In this document: positions 30,732 to 39,577 of the stretch, in pieces
How positions within the stretch are numbered: the first letter of the stretch is position 1
Layout of the letters: each line of letters begins with the position of its first letter
Assembly: GCA_963802915.1 (NCBI GenBank)
Contig: CAWDKQ010000010.1
Coordinates: 204,457-268,456, forward strand
Direction of reading: 5' to 3'
DNA length: 64,000 nt
Source: Bryobacterales bacterium
Lineage (GTDB): Bacteria; Acidobacteriota; Terriglobia; Bryobacterales; Bryobacteraceae
The notes under the pieces: model-generated
Told to the model about the DNA's origin: nothing
Databases searched by the model: none
What the model saw: only the letters and a program-made list of their open reading frames with translations
Translations under genes and position numbers: made by a program

Positions 30732-31988
30732 ATGACTCCTCCTAAACTCGCCAACCGTTGGATGATCGCCGTCGCCGCCGTCATCATGCAAGTCTGTCTC
30801 GGTGCTGTCTATGGCTGGAGCGTGTTCGTCCATCCGTTGATGAACGCCGAGCACTGGACACTCACCGAAGTTTCTCTGACGTTCACAATTTCGGTTGCTG
30901 TGCTTGGCATAGGCACCATTGTGGGCGGCTTGTGGCAGGATCGCGTAGGCCCGCGTCTGGTGGCAACAGTTGCCGGCGTTCTCTACGGACTCGGATACAT
31001 GGTTTCCGGCTGGGCGGTTCACTCCGGATCGCTGTGGGGTTTGTACGCGGGTTACGGTGTGATCGGTGGAATCGGGATGGGTATGGGTTACATCTGCCCG
31101 GTCGCGACCATCGCGAAGTGGTTTCCCGACCGGCGGGGTTTGATGACCGGTATCGCCGTGATGGGCTACGGCGCCGGCGCGCTCATCATGGGTCCGTTTG
31201 CAGCGCGGGAGATTCTCGCCTGCGGGCTTCCCGCAACATTCATTACGTTGGGTATCGTTTACCTGGTGGTCGTGCTTGCGACCGCGCAATTCTATTCGAA
31301 TCCCCCGGTCGGCTGGCGTCCGGCCGGATGGGAACCGAACACCACGGTTTCGCGGGCCGCGTCCACGCGCGATTATACGGTTAGCGAAGCGCTCCGAACG
31401 TGGCAGTTTTGGCTCCTCTGGTTAATGTTGTTTCTCAGCGTATCCGCGGGAATCATGATCATCAGCCAGGCCTCTCCGATGGCTCAACAGATCGCCGGGG
31501 TGACGGCTGTCACGGCATCGAGCATCGTGGGACTCATATCCGTATTTAATGCTCTGGGCCGTGTGTTCTGGGCGTGGGTCTCCGATTTAATCGGCCGGGC
31601 ACCGGTGTACCTGATTCTATACGGAATCTACGCGGTCGCGTTTTTCCTGCTGCCAAGCGCTCACGATGAGACGATGTTTGGGCTCCTGGTAGCGGCCATC
31701 GGATTCTGCTACGGCGGCGGCTTCGGCGTGATGCCTTCCTTTACGGCGGACTTTTTCGGCTCGCGTTACATGGGCGGAATCTACGGTTGGATTCTTCTCG
31801 CATGGGGGGCGGGCGCCATTCCGTCGCCAATCCTGATCGCGCGGGTTCGCCAGCAGACGGGTACTTACGCGGAAGCGATTCACATTATTGGTGTAGTGGT
31901 AGTGATCGCGATGGCCCTGCCCATCGTCGCGATGCTGCAAAAGCCTCGTGAAGCGAGCCCCGGCGCGCGCAAATTGAGACCGGCGTAG
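30732..31988 (+). CDS. MFS transporter, oxalate/formate antiporter (OFA)-like
   Basis: 418 aa and about 12 TM segments. The N-terminus NRWMIAVAAVIMQVCLGAVYGWSVF is characteristic of OFA-family MFS proteins. Confidence 0.85.
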   Translation: MTPPKLANRWMIAVAAVIMQVCLGAVYGWSVFVHPLMNAEHWTLTEVSLTFTISVAVLGIGTIVGGLWQDRVGPRLVATVAGVLYGLGYMVSGWAVHSGSLWGLYAGYGVIGGIGMGMGYICPVATIAKWFPDRRGLMTGIAVMGYGAGALIMGPFAAREILACGLPATFITLGIVYLVVVLATAQFYSNPPVGWRPAGWEPNTTVSRAASTRDYTVSEALRTWQFWLLWLMLFLSVSAGIMIISQASPMAQQIAGVTAVTASSIVGLISVFNALGRVFWAWVSDLIGRAPVYLILYGIYAVAFFLLPSAHDETMFGLLVAAIGFCYGGGFGVMPSFTADFFGSRYMGGIYGWILLAWGAGAIPSPILIARVRQQTGTYAEAIHIIGVVVVIAMALPIVAMLQKPREASPGARKLRPA

Positions 31989-32087
31989 CAGCGGCAGCAA
32001 CACTGATTAAATAAAAAGTCGCGCATAACTTTTGGGTTCCCTTCTTCGAAATACCGAACGTAGTTAATCTGCTTCAAGGGAAACCGA

Positions 32088-33200
32088 ATGAAACTTTCTG
32101 TGTTACTCGTCTGCGCTGGAATTGCGTCTGCATCGTCCGCATCCGCTCAGAATTCGAATGCCGGGGCCGTATTCGTCATGAACAACAGCCCGCAACTCAA
32201 TGAGGTCATCCAGTACAACCGCTTGTCGAATGGGATGCTTCAACGAGCCCGCGCTTATGCTACAGGAGGACGCGGAAGCGGCGGAGTCACCGATCCGCTG
32301 TCATCGCAGGGCTCTCTGACTCTCAGTTCGGACAATTCGCGGCTCTTCGCGGTCAACGCCGGAAGTGGCGACATCTCCGTATTTTTGGTTCTTCCATACG
32401 GTCTGGTGTTAACCGATGTGACCCCGTCCGGGGGAAGTTCGCCGGTGGCAGTCGCTCAATATGGCGACCTTGTTTATGTCGTCAATTCGGGCGGCGGCAG
32501 CAACGTAACGGGATTCCAGGTAAGTCCATACGGCCAACTGAGACCCATTCCCAGCTCTACGACGTTCCTGACCTCCAATATTCCGGGCGCAGCTTCGGTT
32601 GCTTTTAGCCCGGACGGTAAGTTCCTTGCAGTTACAGAACGCCTCACGAATAACATCGACACGTTCTCCGTGCAGCCGAACGGTACGTTATCTCCGATTG
32701 TCGCCAACGCGAGCGCCGTGCCCGGCGTCTTTGCGGTGCTCTTTGCCGGGGGTGACTACGCGATCGTGGTTTCCACGGGACCCGCGGGCGCGCAGAACGG
32801 TTCCCTGCTGTCTTCTTATTCGATAGCGGGAGATGACAAGATCACTCCGATTACGTCCAGTGTCGCCACGCTGGGTGCCGGCGCTTGCTGGCACGTCATC
32901 ACCCCGGACGGGCATTTCGTCTACGCTTCGAACTCCGCCTCCTCAACGATTTCCGGATTCGCGCTCGGCGCGGGCGGAACGCTCACAGCACTTCCGGGGA
33001 CGATCGCAGCTACAAATCCAACAGGCAGCACGAATCTCGATCTCGCGCTGAGCGCCGACGGCAAGTTCCTTTATAGTTTGAATTCCGGAACTGGCGTGGT
33101 CGGCATTTTCGGCGTTCAAAGCGACGGCACGCTGACGAGCATTGGGACCGCGAGTGGAATCACTCCGCAAGGCGGTTTCAACGGCATCGCGGCGTATTGA
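32088..33200 (+). CDS. Secreted 7-bladed beta-propeller, lactonase-like
   Basis: Signal peptide, then repeated blades (...FSPDGKFLAVT..., ...ITPDGHFVYASN..., ...LSADGKFLYSLN...), as in the Lactonase family. Confidence 0.75.
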   Translation: MKLSVLLVCAGIASASSASAQNSNAGAVFVMNNSPQLNEVIQYNRLSNGMLQRARAYATGGRGSGGVTDPLSSQGSLTLSSDNSRLFAVNAGSGDISVFLVLPYGLVLTDVTPSGGSSPVAVAQYGDLVYVVNSGGGSNVTGFQVSPYGQLRPIPSSTTFLTSNIPGAASVAFSPDGKFLAVTERLTNNIDTFSVQPNGTLSPIVANASAVPGVFAVLFAGGDYAIVVSTGPAGAQNGSLLSSYSIAGDDKITPITSSVATLGAGACWHVITPDGHFVYASNSASSTISGFALGAGGTLTALPGTIAATNPTGSTNLDLALSADGKFLYSLNSGTGVVGIFGVQSDGTLTSIGTASGITPQGGFNGIAAY

Positions 33201-33208
33201 ATTTCGCG

Positions 33209-35749
33209 TTACTCGTATCGCAGCGCGTTCATAGCATCTACGCGACTTGCTCGTAACGCCGGGATATAGCCTGCCGCGCACGCCACCACAGCGAGGCCTA
33301 GTGTAGCAATGGCCAGGGTGTATGGATCGTGCGCGGTCAGGCCATAGAGCTGGGTCTGAACGAAGCGTGTCAATGCGATTGCGGCAGCGAGGCCGACGAC
33401 GATTCCAATCGCGACGAGGACCAATACTTCGCGCATGACCATCCAGATCACGTCTTTTTGGAATGCACCGAGGGCCATGCGGATTCCGATTTCGCGCGTC
33501 CGCCGGGCGACCGTGTAGGCCATTACGCCGTAGAGCCCGATGGTTGCAAGCAGCGTCGCGAGCAAACCGAATACAGTAGAGAGGCTCGCGATCAGACGCT
33601 CCACCAGGAGCGAATTGGAGACTTGTTCGTCGATGGTGCGCATTCCATATAACGATAGACCCGAATCGAGCTCGGCCACCTTGCGGCGGACCGCGGCGAA
33701 GAACTGATCCGCATTCATGGTGGTGCGAACGTAGACGGTCATGCCGCTGATGTGTTGGTCTGCCAGATACGGCTCACTCAACTGAATCGGAATTTCGTTA
33801 CGAAGGCTTTCATATTTGATGTCCTTGTATACGCCGACTATCTCCATGTCCATCTTGGTGTTCGGATCGATGCCGAAGCCAACATGACGGCCGACAGCAT
33901 TCGCGGCACTCCCGAAATATCTTTTCGCAAACTTCTCATTGACGATGACCACGAGAGGCGCAGTACGGTCCGGCTTGTCGCCGTGCTGCTGATTCTGAGT
34001 GTCCTGCAGCGTGAAATCACGGCCCGCTAAGATAGGGACGCCGAGCGTGCCCAGATATCCCGGACTGATCGAGTTCATGAACGGATCGGGATAATCCGAC
34101 GGCTTAGTCGGCGTATAGCCTTCGATGGTGACCGAACTGTCCCACTCGTCGTTTTCCAGGATTCGCATTTCGGCCAAGCCCGCGGAGGTGACTCCGGGAA
34201 GAGCGCCGATCTCATCGGTCAAATGTCGATAAAAAACTTTCGACCTGTCCGAGCTGTAGCCGTTTAGAGAAGGATCGATGTTAAACGCGACCAGGTTTTG
34301 TGTCGAGAAACCTGGTCCGAGCTCGCGCAGATTGCGTAGGCTGCGGATGAACAATCCTGCGCCAACTAAGAGCAGCAGCGATAACGTGACTTGCGCGGCG
34401 ACCAGGACCTTACGGAATCGAACATGGGCGCCGCCGCCTCCGACAATTCCGCCCACGGAGTCCTTGAGCGTCGGCGCGACATCGGTCCTGGTGCTTTGCA
34501 AGGCCGGGGCGAGCCCGAAGATAACCCCGGTCAGAACGGACACTCCGATCGTAAATAGAAGGATGCGCAGATCCGGTGTCGTAGAGATTTTTAGCGTGGT
34601 CATCTCGGCTGGAAGCCAGGAAATCAGAAGGCGATCCGTAACTAAGGCAAGCGCCAGTCCGCATAATCCTCCGACTGCCGATAAGAGCAGGCTCTCCGCA
34701 AGTAACTGCTTCACAATTCGCGCGCGTCCCGCTCCCATGGCGAGGCGTATCGCGATCTCTTTTTGTCTCGACGCGGCTTTGGCCACCAGCAGGCTCGCGA
34801 CATTGGCGCACGCGATGAGAAGGACTCCGCCGGTGATGGCCATCAGAACCCACAATGGCGTGGATAATTGCTTCCGTAGATACGAACGTCCCTGCGAACC
34901 GGGAAGCGCCTGAATCACGTTCTTCAGGAAGCGCTCCCGAACCTGGGCCGAGGCGTTTCGAAAGGCTTCCTGCTTGACTTCCATTTCCAACATGCTGTGG
35001 AAGAACGGCTGGAGCGACACTTCGGCGCGAGACGCGGTTATCCCCGCCTTCAGGCGGCCAAATGCGTTGACCCAACGCTGACGCCGGTTCTCCAGCGGCT
35101 TCCAATCCGGCATGATTTGCGGCTGCATCATCAGAGGCACGAACACCTGTGTCGTGTGGCCTAACTCGATGCCGTCAAATCCCGGCTGAGCTACGCCGAT
35201 AACGGTGTAATTATACGCGTTTACATCTATATTCTTTCCGATTATGGACGGGTCCGAAGCAAAACGCGTCTGCCAATAAGAGTAACTGAGCATGGCGACC
35301 GGATGACCGCCGGGGATGCGATCGTCATCCGGGGTGACGGTTCGTCCCAGGGCTGCTCCGACGCCTAACACCGGGAAATACGTCCCGGACACGAGTTCGC
35401 CCCCAACGCGCTCCGTGTGGCCGGCGAAGCTCACACTGACCCAAACCGGGAAGCGGCAGAACATATCGCTAAATACCGAGTTATTCGCTTTGAAATCGCG
35501 ATACATCGGATAAGATATGGCATTTCCTCCCGTGTTACTTCCATAATGAAATCCACGCATGGTGAGTAACACGAGCTGCTGCGGATCCTTTACCGGCAAG
35601 AGGCGCAGGAGTATCTGATCCAGCAGAGTGAAGATGGCGGTATTTGCTCCAATGCCCAACGCGAGCGAGGCCACGGCCACGGTGGTAAAGACGGGAGTCT
35701 TCCGCAGCGTTCTGATTGCGAATCGAAGGTCGTTCCACAAGGAGTTCAT
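33209..35749 (-). CDS. ADOP-family duplicated FtsX/MacB-type permease
   Basis: N-terminus LWNDLRFAIRTLRKTPVFTTVAVASLALGIGANTAIF and two FtsX 4-TM modules. The 846-aa length is typical of acidobacterial duplicated orphan permeases. Confidence 0.9.
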   Translation of the reverse strand: MNSLWNDLRFAIRTLRKTPVFTTVAVASLALGIGANTAIFTLLDQILLRLLPVKDPQQLVLLTMRGFHYGSNTGGNAISYPMYRDFKANNSVFSDMFCRFPVWVSVSFAGHTERVGGELVSGTYFPVLGVGAALGRTVTPDDDRIPGGHPVAMLSYSYWQTRFASDPSIIGKNIDVNAYNYTVIGVAQPGFDGIELGHTTQVFVPLMMQPQIMPDWKPLENRRQRWVNAFGRLKAGITASRAEVSLQPFFHSMLEMEVKQEAFRNASAQVRERFLKNVIQALPGSQGRSYLRKQLSTPLWVLMAITGGVLLIACANVASLLVAKAASRQKEIAIRLAMGAGRARIVKQLLAESLLLSAVGGLCGLALALVTDRLLISWLPAEMTTLKISTTPDLRILLFTIGVSVLTGVIFGLAPALQSTRTDVAPTLKDSVGGIVGGGGAHVRFRKVLVAAQVTLSLLLLVGAGLFIRSLRNLRELGPGFSTQNLVAFNIDPSLNGYSSDRSKVFYRHLTDEIGALPGVTSAGLAEMRILENDEWDSSVTIEGYTPTKPSDYPDPFMNSISPGYLGTLGVPILAGRDFTLQDTQNQQHGDKPDRTAPLVVIVNEKFAKRYFGSAANAVGRHVGFGIDPNTKMDMEIVGVYKDIKYESLRNEIPIQLSEPYLADQHISGMTVYVRTTMNADQFFAAVRRKVAELDSGLSLYGMRTIDEQVSNSLLVERLIASLSTVFGLLATLLATIGLYGVMAYTVARRTREIGIRMALGAFQKDVIWMVMREVLVLVAIGIVVGLAAAIALTRFVQTQLYGLTAHDPYTLAIATLGLAVVACAAGYIPALRASRVDAMNALRYE

Positions 35750-36066
35750 CTCAGGCCTTTAGACTGCGTCTTGGTATTAGTGTTGGCGCAGATGTGGTGT
35801 ATTACCGGAGCTCCCGCGCAAGGTTACGGTAACTCAGGTTACTCTTCTGGCGTCCCACTCATTCGGGGCCGATTTCTCTACGCTCGGGTGTCCAGGCGCA
35901 TCGGACATGCGGCAACGTCGAAGGGCGGCCCCGAGTTCGAACTCACGCAGCGTGATATGCCCCACGCCCTCCGCGCCTTTCTTCTAACTCCTTTAGTTTG
36001 AAGTCCTTTTCACTGGACCTTCGCATGCACTTTCGGACGCGCTTAAGCACGGAAGCAGGAGATCCG

Positions 36067-37389
36067 ATGTTCAAAGAGAAACCGAAGGTGTTGGTGGCGG
36101 GCGCGGGACCAGTGGGTATGTTTGCAGCGCTGGCGCTCTCCAAACGCGGTATTAAGGTTCAAATCGTAGATACCGGACTTTGGGCCTGTTCGCACAGCTA
36201 CGCGTTGGCACTCCATCCGAGTTCGCTCGAACTCCTGAAGGACCTGGGACTCCACGATAAAGTTCTGCAGAACGCGTGCCCGGTGCGTAGTATCGCGCTG
36301 TGCGATGCCGACGGTCCGAAAGCGCGGATCGCCCTGAATGACGGCGACTCCGGCGGATCGCTGGCCGTGGTTCGGCAGAGCGTTATCGAAGATCTGTTCG
36401 AGACGGAACTCGGCCATTACGATACTGAGATCCAATGGCGGCATGAAGTTTACGCGGTGAGCAGCGAAGTGGATCATGCTACCGCGACCGTCAATAAATT
36501 CGAAAAAGATTCGCGCGGGTATATCGTGGCGCACACCGAGTGGACGATCGCCAAGACCAGTCATCTCGAGGTGCAGTTTGTGTTGGGCGCGGACGGGCAC
36601 AATTCGCAAGTGCGGCGCGCGATCGGTCTCGATTTTCCTGAAATCGCTCCCGCGCAATACTACGCTGTTTTCGAATTCAAGACCGATGCGGATCTCGGGA
36701 ATGAACTTCGACTCGTACTCGGAGAGGAAACCACCGATGTTCTGTGGCCGCTTCCCGATGGATATTGCCGCTGGGGATTTCGATTACCCGATTATTCCGA
36801 TACCGAGTCGGAACAATTTAAGGATCGCCTGCTGGCTGCGGGCTTCGGTCATTTCCCGACCAAGCGCTTGAAGGATCGCGCGCCCGCATCGAACGAATCC
36901 ATCGATCAAGTCGAACTCGATGAAGGGGCGCTGAAGATGCTCATCGCCGAACGCGCGCCGTGGTTCCAGGGCAGCATCGGCCAAATGAGCTGGCGCACTA
37001 TTGTTCGATTCGAGCGGCGGCAGGCGAGCGCCTTCGGGAAGGGGCGGGCATGGCTGGCCGGGGATGCCGCCCATCTCACTTTACCGACCGGCGTTCAGAG
37101 CATGAATCTGGGATTGCTGGAAGCAAACCAGCTCGCCGATTCGTTCGCAGACATTATCAACGGCTCCGGCTCTATTTCCAATTTGCAGACTTACGACGAT
37201 CGCTGGGCGGCGACATGGCGGCAACTCCATGGACTCGAGTCGGGACTTAGGGCGACGTCGTCGACCGACCCGTGGATTGCGGCTCGAACGAATCGCTTGA
37301 TGGCTTGTCTGCCGGCTCACGGCGCGGCATTGGCTCCTCTTGCTGCGCAGCTAGGGCTGGAAGTGACGTCTCGTATTACGGGCGCGTGA
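36067..37389 (+). CDS. FAD-dependent monooxygenase (aromatic-ring hydroxylase-like)
   Basis: ATG 36067 with AGGAG 7 nt upstream. GxGxxG motif (VLVAGAGPVGMFAALALSKRG) and GDAAHLTLPTGVQSMNLGLLEA. Confidence 0.85.
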   Translation: MFKEKPKVLVAGAGPVGMFAALALSKRGIKVQIVDTGLWACSHSYALALHPSSLELLKDLGLHDKVLQNACPVRSIALCDADGPKARIALNDGDSGGSLAVVRQSVIEDLFETELGHYDTEIQWRHEVYAVSSEVDHATATVNKFEKDSRGYIVAHTEWTIAKTSHLEVQFVLGADGHNSQVRRAIGLDFPEIAPAQYYAVFEFKTDADLGNELRLVLGEETTDVLWPLPDGYCRWGFRLPDYSDTESEQFKDRLLAAGFGHFPTKRLKDRAPASNESIDQVELDEGALKMLIAERAPWFQGSIGQMSWRTIVRFERRQASAFGKGRAWLAGDAAHLTLPTGVQSMNLGLLEANQLADSFADIINGSGSISNLQTYDDRWAATWRQLHGLESGLRATSSTDPWIAARTNRLMACLPAHGAALAPLAAQLGLEVTSRITGA

Positions 37390-38230
37390 GGTTGCCATAA
37401 AACGCGAGCAATTTCGTCACGTACTCCGTGCCGGCGACGTCGAGGAGTTCGTTGTGCGTTCCACCTGGGATTTCCCAGAACTCCTTCGGCTCGTTTGCTG
37501 CCGCGAAGAGTCTTCGGCTGTGAGATATCGGGACGATCGCGTCGCGGTTCCCGTGAATTACCATGAGCGGCACGTGAACGCTTCCGATTTTGCTGCGTGA
37601 ATTGAAGCCGCGCACGAACAGGGGTCCGATCCACGGCACGACCGTTGCCGCGATCTCCTGCACGGAGCTTAGGGGCGATTCGAGAATCAATCCGGCGCAG
37701 GGATGGTGTGAAGCCAGATCGACAGCGATCGCCGTTCCCAACGATTCGCCGTGGATCACGATGTCGTGTGGTTCGAAACCTTCTTTTAAGACTTGGACGT
37801 ATGCTGCGTCGGCATCCTGGTACACGCCGCGCTCGTCGGGGCGTCCTTCGCTTTTGCCGTACCCCCGATAGTCGAGGATCAGGACTGCCGAGCCGGCCTC
37901 GCGGATCCGGCGCGCGTGGTCCACGCGATTGGTCACGTTGCCGGAGTTGCCGTGAAGGAACAGCGTCGCGCGGCGAGTTGCGGCTAGCGGGTACCACCAG
38001 GCGTTGAGCTTTGTTCCATCTTTCGCTGTGATCCAGCGATCTTCCGCTCCCTCGCGACTCGCAGCATTCCAGTCGCCTTCGGGATATCGTGAGGGATAAA
38101 AGATGAAACGATTGGCGAACCGATGCGACATGATGAAGGCCGTCAGTACGGCCAATAGCCCGATTTCGGCGACCGTCCTCCAATTCAATTTAGCCAATCC
38201 AATCCGTAGTCGGCAGTGTTTCGAGCGCAA
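37376..38230 (-). CDS. Alpha/beta hydrolase with an N-terminal membrane anchor
   Basis: LFLHGNSGN, nucleophile elbow GESLGTA, and HGNRDAIVP. The start is uncertain: ATG 38230 overlaps the upstream gene by 41 nt, and the alternative TTG 38188 lies just after its stop. Confidence 0.8.
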   Translation of the reverse strand: MRSKHCRLRIGLAKLNWRTVAEIGLLAVLTAFIMSHRFANRFIFYPSRYPEGDWNAASREGAEDRWITAKDGTKLNAWWYPLAATRRATLFLHGNSGNVTNRVDHARRIREAGSAVLILDYRGYGKSEGRPDERGVYQDADAAYVQVLKEGFEPHDIVIHGESLGTAIAVDLASHHPCAGLILESPLSSVQEIAATVVPWIGPLFVRGFNSRSKIGSVHVPLMVIHGNRDAIVPISHSRRLFAAANEPKEFWEIPGGTHNELLDVAGTEYVTKLLAFYGNLTRP

Positions 38231-39218
38231 TTCGATTCACGGTCTTAACGCCCCCGGGACACCCGAATCCACGCGCTGAATCCCACAATTTGGTTGGGAT
38301 CGGACATTTCTTCCCATGGCGAATCAGATACAGATCGCGGCACGCGCCGGTGCAATCGATAGCCGCGACGGTCCTTCCCTCCCACTGCTTCGCAAAAGAA
38401 GGCGCTGTTGCCTGATATTGGCTTTGCACCCGCTTTTCAATCGAATCGATGTTCCAGTGATCCGGCAGTAAGTTGTCGTTGCATGACGGAAGAGGTTGGG
38501 GCCGCGGGCGGCGGCACAGAATAACGCTCGTGATTGTGTGCGTCTGCGATGCCATTTCCTCCATGGTAGACGCGGTGAATGTGAAGTCCGTCTCGCGGAT
38601 AGCGGTTTTCTCCGGAGCCGCGTCCATCGAAATCGGCCAGTTGTTTTCGTCGAGCCACCGCGGTCTCAACCAATGTCGATAACCTTGCACCTGCTCGAAA
38701 AAGCGCCCCAGCTTCTTCATCCACGTTTGCGGCGGGAGATTGTTCAGGTGATACGGATTCGCAAGGTTCCCTTCGAGCATCCCGGCATCGACGACCGGCG
38801 GCACCGCGATCACCGCAACACTATCGCGAGTGAGACAGCGCGTAAGTGCGGCCAGAGCCGTGTCGACGCGCCAGACATGCTCAAGCACGTTCGAACAAAA
38901 GAGCAGGTCGATGGAAGGAAGCTCTTGAGAATGGAAAGCAGTTAGATCGGCTGCAATATATTGCAATCGCCGATCCTTGTATTTCGTCCGGCAGAACTGC
39001 AAAGCGGCTTCGCTATTATCGATAGCGTAAACAGATCGTGCGCCTTTTCGAAGCAGATAATCCGCCCCGTATCCGGTGCCACAGCCAGCGTCCAAAACGG
39101 TTTTGCCGGCAGCGAATTGGCCGGCGAAAGCATAGATGGACAAATGGGCATAAAAGCCCCAATTGGGCGTATCTTGTATGACACGCTCGCCCTGCTCAGT
39201 AACTTCGTCCGGATTCAA
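38190..39218 (-). CDS. Class I SAM-dependent methyltransferase with a C-terminal extension
   Basis: Motif I is VLDAGCGTGYGADYL, and post-I/II segments follow. About 150 C-terminal residues have no recognised motif. Confidence 0.8.
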   Translation of the reverse strand: MNPDEVTEQGERVIQDTPNWGFYAHLSIYAFAGQFAAGKTVLDAGCGTGYGADYLLRKGARSVYAIDNSEAALQFCRTKYKDRRLQYIAADLTAFHSQELPSIDLLFCSNVLEHVWRVDTALAALTRCLTRDSVAVIAVPPVVDAGMLEGNLANPYHLNNLPPQTWMKKLGRFFEQVQGYRHWLRPRWLDENNWPISMDAAPEKTAIRETDFTFTASTMEEMASQTHTITSVILCRRPRPQPLPSCNDNLLPDHWNIDSIEKRVQSQYQATAPSFAKQWEGRTVAAIDCTGACRDLYLIRHGKKCPIPTKLWDSARGFGCPGGVKTVNRIALETLPTTDWIG

Positions 39219-39240
39219 CTAATCATCGTAGCGCGCGTAC

Positions 39241-39504
39241 TTACGCGTGCTTGTGCCCGCGGAGGCTCATATCGAGTAGTAATCCGCCGAGCCCCCAAAA
39301 CAAAAAGAAAATGATTAGAAATCCGGTGATTGCATCCGGCACAGGTCCGGTGAAACTCTCCGGAGGCGGTACATAGCCAATTGCAAAGGCTAGAACCAGG
39401 CTTGCTGCATGCCAGTACCAGGCACGCGATTGAAAATGGTAGAGCAGCACGATGGCCAGAGCCACCGCACCGGCGTAGGCCAACATGACAAAGTAGGGTG
39501 ACAT
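39241..39504 (-). CDS. Small 3-TM membrane protein, hypothetical
   Basis: 87 aa and hydrophobic. It is co-directional with, and 22 nt upstream of, the methyltransferase. Confidence 0.45.
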   Translation of the reverse strand: MSPYFVMLAYAGAVALAIVLLYHFQSRAWYWHAASLVLAFAIGYVPPPESFTGPVPDAITGFLIIFFLFWGLGGLLLDMSLRGHKHA

Positions 39505-39577
39505 GTGTTTGCCTCCCCTTCGGCTTCAATTCTACGCCGGGCGGATAGGAATTACCAGGGTCGCGAGTCGGAAGGGG

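Noticed and set aside
30639-31289. Upstream two-thirds of the 326-aa minus ORF 30309..31289
   Set aside because: It runs antisense through the well-supported MFS transporter gene and is Arg/His-rich. A GGAGG-preceded internal ATG at 30638 gives a compact 109-aa gene.
35933-35944. GAGTTCGAACTC, resembling a tRNA T-arm/T-loop
   Set aside because: It is just a 12-nt palindrome. I could not build an acceptor, D or anticodon arm around it on either strand.
37317-38183. 288-aa minus ORF rich in Arg/Pro/Ser
   Set aside because: It is out of frame with the alpha/beta hydrolase ORF, which carries GxSxG and HG motifs. Its composition is typical of an off-frame GC-rich translation.
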